In this document: one piece after another, positions 42,990-59,432 of the stretch
How positions within the stretch are numbered: the stretch's first letter is position 1
Layout: the number at the start of each line of letters is the position of its first letter
Origin: the human T2T-CHM13v2.0 reference genome, Homo sapiens
NCBI RefSeq assembly: GCF_009914755.1
Contig: NC_060931.1
Direction: 5' to 3' (one strand)
DNA: 64,000 nt
Notes under the pieces: generated by a model
The model's input: only the letters and a program-made list of their open reading frames with translations
What the model was told of the DNA's origin: nothing
Databases searched by the model: none
Translations under genes and position numbers: made by a program

Positions 42990-45900
42990 CAGAACGGGGA
43001 CTAGGAGGACAAAGGCTCTTGAATGATGAATTTCATGATTCTGGCAACGATTCAAAAACTGCCAGCGAACACGTAAACTTAGATGAAAGTTATTATTTTT
43101 TTCTCTTAGAAACTCAAGTCAATCATCAAATCTCATTTTATGGAGTTACATATTCTTAAAATTTTTGTTTATGTATTACTTGTGTACAGAATTGCTCTTT
43201 TCATATGAGATAAGTGGTATATGAAAGTAGCAAAAATATGCACTAAGTCAATTACCAACCAAACTTTGAACATCGTGTGTTATTTCATTCCAGCAATGGC
43301 TAGATGCCTCACCTCCAAGATCATCAGTGAAATCTTTAAAGTACACTATAAGGGAAATTTTAAGCTAGCTATTTTGAAGCTAAGCCTATATTTATCACAA
43401 GCAATTACATTCTTTCTTACTGTACTTCAACTTGTTATTCCTTGTCACACATATATGAAATTTTTATATCATCCAAACTATACTGTACTAATTAGAACTA
43501 GCTACAAGGATGGCCTTTGAAGTATTATTTATAAAAGCTGGAAAGAAAAATTAGAAACAACATAAATATCTAATGGTAAGGGATGGGTTAAATGAACTTG
43601 AGTATGTTCATGCATGGAGATACTATGCAGTCAACAGTGAAAAACGTTCAATATATACTTTTAAGTAAAAATGCTCATATGTTTAAAATACTGGTACACA
43701 TTTCCCCCTGCCATCCCCTACCACCATGTGGAAGAAATACACCAAAGTGGTGCTTCTGAAGTGGTGGGATTACAAGTATCTTTCTTTTCCTTTTTTTTTT
43801 TTGATGTATTTGAAATTTTTTCTATATAGATCATGTGTGACTTCCATAAAGAAAAATAAACACCTATACACAGTTTACCTAATATGTGTAATGTTAATGA
43901 AAAGAATCAAAGAAAGATGTTCGTTCATTAACTCTCTAAATCAAATTGTTTTTCCATTTTTACCAACTTGATACCTTAATCAAGTCACTCTTGTTCTTCC
44001 TTAAGTGCAAATGAATTTTTTGTTTGGGTTGGGGGACAACACAAAATACAAACCTGGGTTGGATTCACTGAAAGGCCCAAGAAAGGGCCTTAGTCTAGGA
44101 AGTAGAGTGTGAGATGATACACCCACAGGCTGGTGCATTCTGGTCCACACAAAGACGTGCTGCTCCCCGCCCTACTGCTCAGAACAGCTCTGTTTTGCTC
44201 AGATGCTGCTGCTGCAACCTGCAGGTCCATGAGAAGAACAACTCCCTGGTTGTTTACAGCCCGTGAGTGTTTTGTGAATTTGCACCTACATTTCCCATGT
44301 GATATGGACTCAGCTATTTACGGTTGGCAGAATGATGAGTTGAAACACACCTAACCAAGTAACCATGTGAGAGGCACGGTAAGGATTTTCTCTGTGTTTC
44401 TGAACCAGAACTCTTCATACGAAAATCTTATGAATAGTTAGAAAAATGAATAGAAATTTAAAATGTAAAGATTGTTTTATGGGGGTAGAATTGCTGAGAA
44501 AGATTCACCAGGTTGGAATTAGCCTGAAGCCTGATTTTTTGAAGCTCAAAAGAGGGTAAGACCATCTCTATCCAGGGTAAAATGCAAAGTAATCAGAGAA
44601 ACCAGTCTTCTTGGAAGAGAGAAGAGGCATACAATGCATATTCATCCAAGCACTGCCAACAGCAGGGAAGGAGGCAGTTGAGTGTCCCACATGAAGGCAG
44701 AGCTTCGGTCTCCCTATTTGTCAAACCATCTCACTTACTATGAAGATAAAAAGAGATGGAGAATGTACAGGAGCCAGCACAGTGCTCAAGACAGAGCCTT
44801 TACTCCAGTTGGTTTCTTTCCCTTTTTCTCCTACGCTGATGTTTTCCTCCATAGATGCATGTTACAATCACTTGCAGACCTTTTTAAAATATAGTGACCT
44901 CTGGACTTCAGTCCTGACAGTTTAATAAGAATTTCTGCATCTGTCCTTGTTAAAATTTTCCTATGAGATTACCATGTGCAGTGAGGCTGAGAATCCCTGC
45001 ACTACACCATCTGCACTACACCATCTCTAGAATCTCTGTCAATTCTGAGAATCAGCTTAACTGGCTTCTTGAATGCCACAGTTTCTAATCCCAGTCTTCC
45101 ATATCATTTCACGAATAACTTTTATTTGTTTTACATCTGATCTCACAACAAACTCTTTCTACATATCCAAGTGGTGCTGTTATGAAAGGGTACAATTCTT
45201 AGGTACGGAATTGTCTTATTATCTCTTATCTTTACTAACACTGGTAAAAGTGGCTAGCATTATATACAATAAAACAAGAACTTACACTCAACTCCCTGAC
45301 TCCAAGCCAACCAACAGATAACAATTCTTTTAAAGCAGAGTTAGTTATCACTAGGGATGATGAGGAGTCAAATCCACTTCAGAGAGCTGCAGGAGGCAGA
45401 TGCACGGGGAAGAAAGAATGTAGTGATATCAAGAAAACATAATGATGTACCCATTATCTGTGGTGGCCTCTGAAAGAAAGAACCTACAGACTCAAAGTGG
45501 CACATTGTAAAGGTGCTGAAGATGAAACAGGCCCTTTGGAGTCGAACTGGAAGGAAATGAGAGACTCCAAGGCACCAAGAGAAGATGCTTATCATCAGAT
45601 GCATGGTGTCTGGGTCTCTCCACGACTTGATCACTGAGCAGCACACTGCGTGCCGCTCTTCCAATTCCTGGTCTATTATGCATTCACAGTACCATACCCA
45701 TGGTTCCTCTTTTGCAGAGATCAAAGATAGCTGAATCGGCAGACAATGGACAGGAACACCTATTGTGCACAATGTCTTTGCGTCCCTCATCACTTGAAAG
45801 CTCTGGCTGTGTGAAGATACTGTTTTTTTTGTGTGTGTGCAATTTTGTCACAAATCATTTCCCTATGACTTACTGGAGTCTGTGGCAAGTAGGACATGGG

Positions 45901-46334
45901 AAAATATTCCATACTGAACTGGCTCAGTGTGGCATATTATATTTACAGCGGTAACACTGACTTTTCTACATGTTTCCTGGTATACTCTTTGTTATTGAAA
46001 TCTTAGTTATCATCTAGTATCTGGATCCATCTAAGAGAGAAAGAGAAATGCATACAATTATTATAGACTCACTTCTGCTATTTGATTTTTCATTCACCAA
46101 ATATTTATAAGCAATTCAAAGTTTGTCCTAGAACTGCAAGGACACAAGATGCTTTATTCTCATTCTCAAGAAGCTTGAAGTAGTAAGGGTAGAAGTCATG
46201 AATATTCATTAAACATCTATTATGGGGTATTAAGGTGTTGCTTTGCATATATTACATATTTTCAGTCCACTCAAGAGGTACTTTTTGCAGATTTTACATA
46301 AGAGGAAATTGAAGCACAGAAAGATTAAAGCAAC

Positions 46335-46719
46335 TGTTATGGGCTGAACTGTGTTCTACCAAAAGTCATAGTTGAAGTCCTAACTCTCAAATATTTCAGA
46401 ATGTGACTATAGTTGGAAACAGGGCCTTTAAAAGAGAAATTAAGTTAAAAAGAGGTCTTTAGGGTGGGACGTAATCCCATCCAACTGGTTTGTTACAAGA
46501 AGAGAAAACTGAGACACAGACATGTAGGACACAAAAGAGAAGACACAGGGAAAAAGCGGCTATCTACAAGCCAAAGAGAGAGACCTCAGAAGAAACCAAC
46601 CCTGCCAACACCTTGATCTTGAACTTTCAGATTCTAGAAATGTGAGAATATAAATTTTCTGTTGTTTAAGCCACCTAGTTTGTGGTATTTTGTTTTGGTA
46701 GCACTAGCAAACTAATATA
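46335..46719 (+). mobile_element. MLT1B/C-type MaLR solo LTR
   Basis: tgttatgggctgaactgtg...gcactagcaaactaatata; 5-bp TSD gcaac at 46330-46334 and 46720-46724. Confidence 0.9.
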
Positions 46720-47175
46720 GCAACGTACCCAGGGCTATATAGCCAGCAAGCAGAGGAAAGGATTTTCAATGGAGTTCAGTAACTATATGCCTCATAAATA
46801 CAGAAAATGGGACATGAGAACAGATAATTATATGATAAGATCCAAGGTCCAGACAAACTGATATGACAGTTCAAAGGAGGGCAAGAGCTCTCCTGGCTGG
46901 GAGGTGATTAAGCCAGTGAGAAGGTAACATGTTAGCTGGGGACTACAGTGTGATTAGGATTTTGGTAGTCCAGGCAGAGAAAGGCACAAAGGAACAGTGA
47001 CAAGGGCATATCACACTTATATGGGTAATATACCCAGCATCACTTCTGCCAAGCGAAATTTTAATAAGGATGATAATTATGATGAGATCAACATCATCAT
47101 CCTCTAGCATTTATTGAGGCTCCTCTAGCTTACTAAGTACCAGGGATTGTGGTAAGAGTTCTATAAGAATTCTTG

Positions 47176-47469
<294 letters not shown>

Positions 47470-47520
47470 TTGTTTTTTGGTCTTCATAATATTATAAGGT
47501 AAGTAATAAGATAAATAATA

Positions 47521-47829
47521 GGTCGGGTGCAGTGACTCATGCCTGTAATCCCAGCACTTTGGGAGGTCAAGGCAGGTGGATCACCTGAGGTCAGGAGTTT
47601 GAGACCAGGCTGGCCAACATGGCTAAACCCCATCTCTACTAAAAATACAAAAAAATTAGCCGGACATGGTGGCAGGTGCCTGTAATCCCAGCTACTCAGG
47701 AGGCTGAGGCAGGAGAATCACTTGATCCCGGGCAGCGGAGGTTGCAGTGAGCCAAGATTGTGCCACTGCACTCCAGCCTGAGTGACAAAGCAAGACTCCG
47801 TCTCAATAAAAATAAATAAATAAATAAAA
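47521..47829 (+). mobile_element. AluS
   Basis: Dimer plus (AAAT)n tail, ~50 bp after the previous Alu. Confidence 0.95.
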
Positions 47830-50106
47830 TCCTGGTTTCAGTGAAGAAACTGAGGCTACAAAAAGTAAAGGAGGCTATTTAACATGCTTGGAGTCATGCA
47901 GCTAGGAAGGTGAACCTTGGATTCCAAGCTCAAGTGGCTGGATGCCAGCGGCACACTTACAGTTCTTATCATGGCAGCCTTTTGCTCTAGATGGCATGGA
48001 GAAGGGGTATGAAAGAAGGTGGCTGAAAATAAGATTGCTGGAGCCAACTCATGGAAGGTCCAGGATGCTGCCTAGAACAGGCTGCATTCTGGAGATGGTC
48101 TGTGCGACTATGTAGCAGCAGGAGAGCTGGTAAACACAGCTTAGGAGCTGTAGAGGTCTGAGCATTATCTATGCCTTGGGAAGATGCCTAGGGAGCAGAG
48201 GGGAGAGGGCTCATCCGGGAGGCAGAGCCTGAGGCAGGGATCACAATTAGGTTGTTAGCCGACTAGGTGAGTGATAAAAGGCCAGAATTAGAACAATCAT
48301 ATCTATACTGAATAGAGGTGGCTGGGTAATGGATGCAACAGAGACCAACAGGATTTGGCTGCTGAATATAGGGCAAAAAGAGTGGGTAAGCTCAAAGAAA
48401 GGATCCAAGTTTTTGCTGTGTAATAGGAACAAAGTGTTGGAAAGACGAATAATGACACATTCAGAAGGCAGTGGAAGGGTGAGTTAAGAGGGATGAGAGA
48501 CACAGATGAGGGCATCACTCCACATATATAACTGAAGGCAGGGGTTTAGATAAGGTGGGAGGATGAAGAAGAAAAATGGAAAGTGGCGAGAGACCATGAA
48601 GTGATGAAAAACCTCTGCTATACACCGGTGGTACAGCAATCCAGGCACAAGAGTTAAGAACAGGGCTTCCAGAAGTGAGAAGGCGAAAGGACCAACAATG
48701 TCTACTGACACAGGGAGGCAAAGTCCAGCACATGGGGTGACCTAGGATTGGAACGAGAATGCTGGGGAATGAGAGAGCTGTGTAGTCTACTTGCAGGGGA
48801 AGGGAAAGTGAGAAAATGACAGTAGTTTATGAGAGCAATCAAGAGACAATGACAATTCATTTAGGGTAATTAAGGAGAAAATATCTAGGGGGAAGAGAGT
48901 GAAAAGATAAAACTACTAGGGATAATTATGCTGTGCTTACGCATAACAGTACAAGTTCTGAATGGAGGAGTGAAAGGTAGAACATGAAGAGTTTGCATTT
49001 GCTTTAGTGACATACAGAGTTGGGGGATAAATTTGTTACAGAGCAGAAACTGACAAATCATAGTTGTCCTTACTATTTATGCTTTGGAGATTTAAAAAAA
49101 TCAAACAGAATCGAATTTGGCACAAGAACAACTAAAGTTCTGATGCATAAACCACATCAGCAACAAAAGACCCCTTCAGAATCAATAGTAAAATAATATT
49201 CTGGCTCTCCATAGGAAGTTATGATTAAGTTACTGTGATCTGTAACACAGAAGAGAAGATGAAGCAGCTGATGACCACAGAGGTGAGTTCATAGGCTCAC
49301 ACATTCTGTTCCTCAACTCAAAACAGGTTAGAAGGTACAGCAGGTGGCCATGTGTTTAAACAGGGCTTAGGGCTGCACATCTGCACTGGGCTGCATACCT
49401 GCACCTGGCTGCAGGGGACCCAGAGCTGCAGGCAGCACCACAGCGGGTTCTCTATTAAGAGTCACTGTGTGCACCCACGACTGTAGAAGATAAATTACTA
49501 AGTTCAGTGCCATGTGTACTCTCACCCAGGCTATTATCAGGAACTGAGGAACATTTTATTGCCCACTCTATTAGTATTGAATACTAGCACCAGTGTAAAC
49601 AAACTTTTTGTAGCATTTTTCAAAAGGGGACCCGACATTCAAAAACATTATATATCTTTATTAGAGGAGAACAATAGAACTGGTACACCAAAAGAAATCT
49701 TACATATTTTTATTCTTTTACAAGTGGCATTAATAAAGAATAACTTAACATGAAATATATAGGATCAAAATGAAGAAAAAATGTATTGTTTTAAAGGCAC
49801 ATAAACATTTGAATGAAAGAGAAATAAGTATCATTAGATTCAATGTTGCAAATACGTCACTTGGGCTATAAATTTAAAATGCAAATTTTCCTAAAAATGA
49901 TTATAACAGTCAAATATTATAACTTTTTCCTAAGTTAATCTAAATTCAAAGCAATCCTCCTAAACAAAACCCCAACAGGGTTTCCTGAAGATGTCTGAAG
50001 ACAGGAATATTCTGAATAAAAAATCGTGTAGAGGATCTTATATCAGTACACATTTACACACATTTTATAAAGTGTCAGAAATTTTTAAAGTTTAGCACAA
50101 GACTAG

Positions 50107-50456
<350 letters not shown>

Positions 50457-50655
50457 GAGTATCTTAAAAAGGTAGATAAAATGTGCTACTTTGCACACAG
50501 TCAATGGTAGAGTGGACTCCTTCTACTTGTAGCTAGGAGTCCCTCTGACCAACTCACATATCTGGTAACATCCTAATGAGTAATGCGATGGTTTACTCAT
50601 CTTTTTCTTTTAAAAGAGGATGACGAGTAGGCTGGTTTTGATACATTTCAGCATC

Positions 50656-51022
<367 letters not shown>

Positions 51023-51976
51023 TAATCAAGAGGTCCTGGATGCTGGAGGAATTTGAGTCTGAAAGTACACTTGCGGAGGGAGGCCCAAATTTCTGCAAAA
51101 ATTCAGTGGCTGGTATGAGACTTCTCTCTTACCAGTTGTGTAAGGATTTTTTTTCAAAGGCTCCATTTCCAAACTGTGATTCATTATGTATGAAGGATCT
51201 TCTAGCAGAGGGAAAGATATCCCAGTAGTGAACCCCAATTATTTTTTCCTCCCCAGAGTGTTTTTCGTCCTCCTTCTTTTCTTTGGTTTTCCTATGCAGT
51301 AGATTATTCCTATCGTTCTGCCCTTTATAGGACCTGAAGGCTGTGGCTCTGCCCACAGTGATCTCTGCACTGATTATTTCCAGTCAGCCCTCTAACAATG
51401 TACACTTCACCCATGTCTGCCCTCTAGATCCCTTTCTGGAAGGATGTGATTTTCCAGCTACTAAGTGGGAGCAGTCATCTTGAGACACTTTTCAAGAACA
51501 AATTACCCACCAGTGTGACCAGAAAGAAGAGATAGCTGTAACTACTTGAATAACTACGGCCCTGCAAACTCTCTCTTCTCCCCTCCTCTCCTTCCTGGAG
51601 AAGCAAGAGCCAGACACGTGTCAAGCACTTCTGATGTAGGAGGCACTGTGCTAAACTCTTCACAGACATCATCTCCTTCAATCCCCCAATCATGCTGACA
51701 CAAGCTATATTATTCCCATCTTTCTAGAGATGAGATGGAGGCAGAGACTTCTCTTCAAGGTAGTAAAAGAATGTGAACGCGACTTGCCCAATTTCTAACC
51801 CACGCTCAGAACCATTACGCCTAGTTGTCTCTTGTGAAAAAGCAGATTCAATACAACAATTCATTTTCAGTTTTTTCTTTCCTGTTTGAACAGAGTAGCT
51901 GCCTGAATTTTTGGTTAATCTGATCATATGGACTAGAATTCCTGTGACTTTAAGAGCTTCTAAGAGATAAAGATAA

Positions 51977-52705
<729 letters not shown>

Positions 52706-53380
52706 GTGAGAAATATTTTAGGCTCAAAAATATATAACTAGTGACAGTTTTAATTTTCTTCAAATGGGCTTGCAAAATAATTATACTGATGTAGGTTTTG
52801 TCTAAATATAGCATAGTCATTTCAAGATAGGAGCAATGGGTGCTTCACCTATCTACCAATACAATCTTAAGTTCACATCTCCATATGACAGTTTTGGCTG
52901 CTGTAATTTGTATCGGAAGTCCATGATCTTCATAAATTCACCTTTGCATCCAGGAGTGCTGAGAGCAACCAGAAAGGGCAATAGGACTGTGACTACAACC
53001 ATGTCAGCATGAAGTCCAAGCGCCAAGCTTCTCAAACGCACAGCATTCTACTGATACGAAGCATCATTATTTCCAAATGCTCTGTTTTTTTTTCATGTGA
53101 AATGGTCCTCACGGCTCACAGTAAAATTATAGGTTTTTTCTTCTAATACCGCCTTCTCTGAAATGGGCTAGTCTGCAAAAAAACCAAACTGTGGTTCCTA
53201 TCACTGCGTCTTTCACTCAGTGTCTACATGCTTCTATAAGCTTGATTTCTTCTTCTCCTCCTTACGGTTTTGCCACCCGAATCCCTCTTGCCATGTTACA
53301 TAATGACTTCATTGTTGACACTTCTGGTTTGGCACAGGGAAGTGATATAGCTATTTATTTTTTAAAAACAGATTTTTAAG

Positions 53381-53687
53381 GGCTGGGTGCCGTGGCTCAC
53401 ACCTGTAATCCCAGCACTTTGGGAGGCTGAGGCAAGTGGATCACTTGAGGTCAGGAAATGGAGACCAGCCTGGCCGACACGGCAAAATCCTCTCTCTACT
53501 AAAAATACAAAAATTATCTGGGCATGGTGGTGCGTGCCTGTAGTCTTGGCCACTTGGGAGGCTGAGGCAGAATTGCTTGAACCCAGGAGGCGGAGGTTAC
53601 AGTGAGCCAAGATTACACCACTGCACTCCAGCCTGGGCGACAGAACAAGCCTCTATCTTGGAAAACAAACAAACAAACAAACAAACA
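53381..53687 (+). mobile_element. AluS with (AAAC)n tail
   Basis: Dimer; TSD aaacaga(t/a)ttttaag. Confidence 0.95.
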
Positions 53688-55116
53688 GAATTTTAAGAAA
53701 TCAAATATTTTAGAAAGGCAACACAATCCAGAGTTCTAACGTACAGCCCCATTTTCTCTAAGTACTGCAAGAACAATGGCCTTCACTAAAATCATAATAT
53801 ACTTTAGGTCCAACAGTTGTGGACAAGTAGGTTTAACAGTTACATGTGCCTTAAAACTGACTCACCAAGGCTGTCTGCTCATTTTCACAATGATAGGAAA
53901 TATCAGTAGCCTAAATACATTATCTAAAGGATAAGGGTTCAGGAGCTCCAGTTCATATTTCCCCATGATCCATTTCCTTTCATTTGTATCAACAAAACAA
54001 GGCTTTCTCCAATGCTTCTTTATTAAATGAGGTAGTATTCCTGAACATTTTCTTGAGACTTCAGGAGTCAAGTCAAAAGAACTCATTAGATAAAAATACA
54101 AGCCTTCTTACGCCTCCCAACCCCCAATCATTCTAGTCAACAGTCTTGAGAATATTCAGAGACTATTAATAGTCTTGCATTAAAACAAATTAAACCCATC
54201 ATCAGTCTGCTGTCCACAGAAAACACGGCAGTATATTTTTTAATATAGCGCAATTTCAACTATATTTTAAACTAAAAGCAATAAATATAACTGTAATTTA
54301 ATCACCCTCCTTTAATTTGAATTCACATGGTAGATACTTATAGCTACTTAAAAAATTAAGAGGCAAAATGTATATGAAGAATATGTATCTTGATATTTTA
54401 ATTATGCTCAATTGAATGTACTTAGATTTAAAGTGCTTTTCACAAATGACATGTGCTAAGAATATCTAATTGCACACTGACATTCTAAAATGCGTGCTTA
54501 CACGTGTCAAAAATAGATTAATATAAAGTTATAGAATAGACTTTTACTTAAACCCAAATACATTATTTTGATTATCTGGACACAAACACAATTGTAACTA
54601 CAAACAAGATATATAGTAATAAATGTCTAGTGATTTATGTTTCATTAAGACGAATACACAAGTGATGACAGTGTTTGACATTTGAACAAATTAGAAAATA
54701 AAGACTTGTAAAGGAATCTAAGGTTCAACATATTTTCCATTTACTTTCTTACTAACTCAATGTTAAATAGAGACATGAAAATAATTTGTATGTAACCAAC
54801 TATTATTGTATGCAGAGCTCACAGGTAAAAAAGAGATATTCAGCAAATAGCAGTGGATGGAATAAATTAAAACACATTGCCAAATTGCAGTCAAGTGCTG
54901 TTCAAAACTGTTCGCAAGTGCTGAAGACGGCATTCAGCAACCTCACAAAGAAGCTGGCAAAGATGAGGTGGCATGAGGTCGGAAGGCCACTCACCCTGTC
55001 GAGCTCTGAAGGGAAGTGTGTTGGGCTCACTGCCTTCACAAGATACATCATCACCCTCCTGCAATCAGAAACCTGAGTCCTCACAAACTGAAAGAAAGAC
55101 CTTTTCTTAAACCCTA

Positions 55117-55491
55117 GCATTAGGGCTGAATTGCGTCTCTCCAAAATTTGTATACTGAAGTCCTAACTCTCAGGACCTCAGAATGTGACCGGATTTGGAC
55201 TTACGGCCTTTTAAGAGGTAATTAAGAAGAAATGAAGTCAAATGGATGGGCCCTAATCCAATATGACTGGTGCCCTTATAATTAGAGATTAAGACACAGA
55301 CGACACATGGACTGAGGGGTGACCACGTGAGGACACAGTGAGAAGGCGGCCATCTGCAAGAAAAGAAGAGAGGCCTCAGAAGAAACCAAAACTGCCAACA
55401 CCTTAACCTCGGACTTCCAGTCTCTGTTGTTTAAGCCTCCCGCTCTGTGGTATGAGGCATTTTGTTATGGCAGCCTGACCAAACGAATACA
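55117..55491 (+). mobile_element. MLT1B/C-type MaLR LTR
   Basis: Homologous to 46335-46719 (gaagtcctaactctca...cagaatgtgac...ctcagaagaaacca). Confidence 0.85.
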
Positions 55492-56245
55492 CTAAGTTAG
55501 ACTGTCTGACCAAATGCACATCTCTAAACATAAAGCAATATAGAATTTTTTTTTCTTTTGATTTGGTATGAAAATAAAACTCTTAAGTGAAAAATGTGTT
55601 ACTAGATTATTAACAATATTGAAAAGATAATAAAATAAATTCTTACTCTAATTGGATTCTGAGAAAGATACCAAACTGAAATATCCTAGTCCTAATTTCT
55701 TAACCACACGGTAAGGCAGAAAAAGGCTATTCTGTTTACATGTTTTACAAATATTAAGTTTCATGTTTTCAGCTTCATGGGGTTTTAATGGGCCCATAGA
55801 AGCCTGGCCAAGAAACCAAAGTGGAATCCATTTGACTGACATTAAAAAGCAATTAACTTACAGGCCTGTCAAATATGTTAACATTTGGGGTCTGCCTGTT
55901 ATACATGTGTATTTTGACTACTACTACCAGAATAGTTTAATGATTTACAGACCTTCAATGTCTAAAGTACCTTAACTGTATGAAAGCTATGGCCCAGTCT
56001 TTCTTCAGATTTTCCTATCGTAACAAACTCCTCCCTATTTACTAGAAATCCAGAAAGATGGCCCAATATTTGAACTGTGTTGAGTCAAACAACTCTGAGA
56101 CTTTCCCAGAGAAGGTAAAGGGAGAAAAACAGAAAGGAAGTATCTGGCTGGCCCAGTGTCTAGCATGAAAGTTGGACTTTCCTCTAATAAGATGACATTT
56201 CTGAGCCACTGAAGGCAGCCCTTAGCCAGGGAGGCTATCCTTAAC

Positions 56246-56605
56246 TGTCTTAGTCTGTTCGGGCTTCTGTAACAAAGTATCATAGACTACGTGGCTTATA
56301 AACAACATAAATTCATTTCTCAGAGTTCTGGAGGCTCGAAATCTGAGATCACAGTGCCGGCACAGTTGGAATCTGGTGAGCACTGCTTCCTGGCTCACAG
56401 ATGCTGTCTTCTCACTGTGTCCTCACATGGAGGAAGGAGTGGGGACCTCCCTGGGATCCCTTTTATAAGGGCACTAATCTCAAACTGTAGGCTCCACCCT
56501 CATGACCTAATCACCCCCAAAGGTCCCACTCTTCTAATACCACCACACTGGGAGTTAGGTTTAAACATAGCAATTGTGGGGAAAATAAACATTCAATCTA
56601 TAGCA
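56246..56605 (-). mobile_element. MLT1A-type MaLR LTR
   Basis: tgtcttagtctgttcgggct...ttctggaggctcgaaatctgagatca...catgacctaatcacc. Confidence 0.85.
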
Positions 56606-58909
56606 CCCATGAGCCCTTAGTACCATCAGATATTTCTTTTAATTTTGCCCTCAGTCCAAGTTGAAATCATCTGGAGAAAGAGCCTCTCATTGGAGTAGGC
56701 AAGCAGTGGAACTCTATTCAAGACCAATGCCTTAGTCCCATTGCCTGGAGGACTTTTTGAGAAAACCGATGGAGCTGCCTCTTGGCTTTTCAGAAATCTG
56801 CCAATTTAGATAGTGCCATGAGGTTAGCATTTTTTTTTTTTTTTTGGCTATTAATTGGCTCCTCCTTTTTTAAAGCTCCTCTTTTCTATGATTCCTTCAT
56901 GACTCTGACATAATTTCATGTTAGTCATTCAATAAAGTCTTTTCTACTTAAAATACAAGCCATAATAAATAAGCTATACCAAATGCTCCAAGTTGTTTAT
57001 CTTCATCCTGTTCTTAAGATTCTGAATATATTTGGGGATTATTTATTTGTCATTCTTAGAAATGAAGTCAAATAAAATAAATAGGAGCCTTATAAAGGTT
57101 GGTTCTATTACTGGGTGATCATGGAATACTTTCTTGTGAAATATCCTGGATATGCAGACACCTAGCCATGGTTACAGCTATTCCCTCAATTCCTGCACCC
57201 CTACTCTCCCACTAATTTTTGGAGTTAATTCCTCTTTGCTGGCCATCAGTCTCTAAATGAATAGTAACATGGTATACAGAGTCACTACCCTTCCTTTCCA
57301 AATCTATGACCCACACCTTGTAGTCAAGCATTTATTCATTCAACAGATTTTTTTTTAAGTTTCTTCCATATGTCAGACACAATGCTAGACACACAGCTGT
57401 AACAGTGCAACACAGGCCCTGTCATCCATATTTATAGATGTCTCAGTTCAGCCATTTACTCAAGGTCTGTGAGATGCAATTAGTTGTCAGCACAAAGTTA
57501 TGAAGGAAGATCTCCTCAAGTGGCAAAGCAGTGACCATGGTTGACAAAGACAGCAGGTCATATAATACCAGACACAGTCTCCAACCCTCCAAGTCAAGAG
57601 GAGATGGAAGGCAGAGATAAAGTGCAAGTACAAATCAAGAAAATCTTTAATATGGTCTTACATTTTGGCGGAGTAGGCAAAAAGTTCTCCCAGGGAATAT
57701 TCCAAACAATAACAATAATAACATTTGAAAACAATATAATCACTAGATTTTCACTGAACTACAAAAGACTATAAAGATACAAGCATTAAAAAAATTAACA
57801 TTATTGCTATAGCATCACTATAATGCATAATGTATCTTGATTAATTCACATGTCACACAAGAGTGACTTCATAAAAACTCAACCTAATGATTAAGCCTCA
57901 CATCATCTTATATTTATAAGTAAGATATGTGCAGAGACTTGCATAGTGAAATAAAAATTCTACCTTAAGAAAACCACACTATGAGGCTACGTATCCACAG
58001 GAAATCCTGGGAAGAAAAAGATCGCGAAGTAAGACTTAAATCCACTTCAGGCAATCTGTCTCATCAGCTCTGATTGTCAGAGTATATGTATTCATTATCT
58101 GAGGAAATTTTCTTCCTGGTTTGATATGAGTGAGTATGAAATCTTAAGGGATTTCAAGTTCAATCATAAGGAATGGTGACTTTGAGTATATTTTATGACC
58201 AAAGTATACACAATACTATTCAGGGCAAACTTACAGAATTCAGAGCTAAAAACAAAACAGTACAAGAAAGGTTTGAAGACACTTACAGGTAGTTGAAACA
58301 AATGGAAATGTTAAGCAAAGTCATTAATATCTGGGTGGCGCCATGACTCAAGGCTGCCATATGTATGGCCTGGCGCACAAAGATGAGGTTTGCCAATCAG
58401 ATTTCCTCTCTCAATAATTAAATGGAAAACAAAACAAAACTGAACAACTTAAGCTAATTAGCTGGGGCTGGGGCAAGGGATGAAAAGAGGCTGTCTCCTA
58501 CTGTAGAGAAAGGCTAGGTGGCTGGCAAGAACATGAAGGGAATTCTTGAGAAAGTCAACACCAATTCTTCAGGAAGAGAAGAAGTTATGGATTAGAATAG
58601 TCAAAAGATGTGCAGAGGGATGCAAAGTCACTGTGAGAGAGACAAAGGCCAAGTAGAGAAAATGGAGAGAGTAGCCAGTTCCTAATGCTGCCTCAATTCT
58701 CAAGAGCCTTCAGTTTCATTTAATGGGTACCCTTAAAGTAAACCTTCATTTGATTAACTCCAACTTTGGTGAGTTTCTGCCCCCTGCTACCAGAAGCAAT
58801 CTAGAGAATGAATGGGTTCTAGGATCAGCAACAGACCCTCAGAGAAGGCATGAGATGGGCTATGAAACCTTCACAAGGTGAAGGGCAATGAAGATGTTCC
58901 CAGCCCACA

Positions 58910-59432
58910 ACACAGCTTACTGAATCCTCCAGTGGCAGTTAAAACATCCTTTGCTATTATTCCTATTACGATGTAGGGTCTAATTTCTCTCCTGTTGAGT
59001 CTGGGCCAGCCTAACTGGCTTGTCTGACCATCAGAATGCACTGGCAGTGACCTTCAAGGTCAGGTCATAAGAAGTCTTGTTTCTGCCCAGGACTCTTAAG
59101 ATGCCTGCTCTTGGGAGGCTCCCTCTCAGAATCAAATTGTCAATGTTTGAAAAGACCAAGCTACAGAGAGAAGTCAAGCAGGTGCTCTGGAGCACAGCCC
59201 CAGCTGTTCAGTTACAAGAGTGAGCCACCTTGGATATCTATCCCGGTTGACCCTTCAGATGAGTCTGGCCCCAGCTGCCACTAGCCCATAACCATATAAG
59301 GATCCCAAGTACAACCCTCCCAGGCTGAGCCCCGTCAATCCATAGAACCACAAGAGAGAATAATAATAAGTATCTATTTGAAGCCACTAAATTTTCAGAT
59401 TATTTGTTATGCAGCAATAGATAATCAGAACA
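58910..59432 (+). mobile_element. MLT1-type MaLR LTR
   Basis: 3' end aagccactaaatttt...ttgttatgcagcaatagataatcagaaca. Confidence 0.7.

Noticed and set aside
45368-45793. 141-aa minus ORF in intron 13 (also 132 aa at 61069-61467 and 112 aa at 23645-23983)
   Set aside because: No recognisable domain or splice context; lengths are compatible with chance in 64 kb.
49371-49414. Imperfect 18-bp repeats with TGCAC cores (metal-response-element-like)
   Set aside because: The cores do not fit TGCRCNC; low-complexity degenerate repeat.
52853-53300. CpG-retaining stretch with a minus-strand ATG reading MARGIRVAKP*GGEEEIKLIEACR
   Set aside because: Multiple stops and no family I can identify; would need tBLASTx or Dfam to support.
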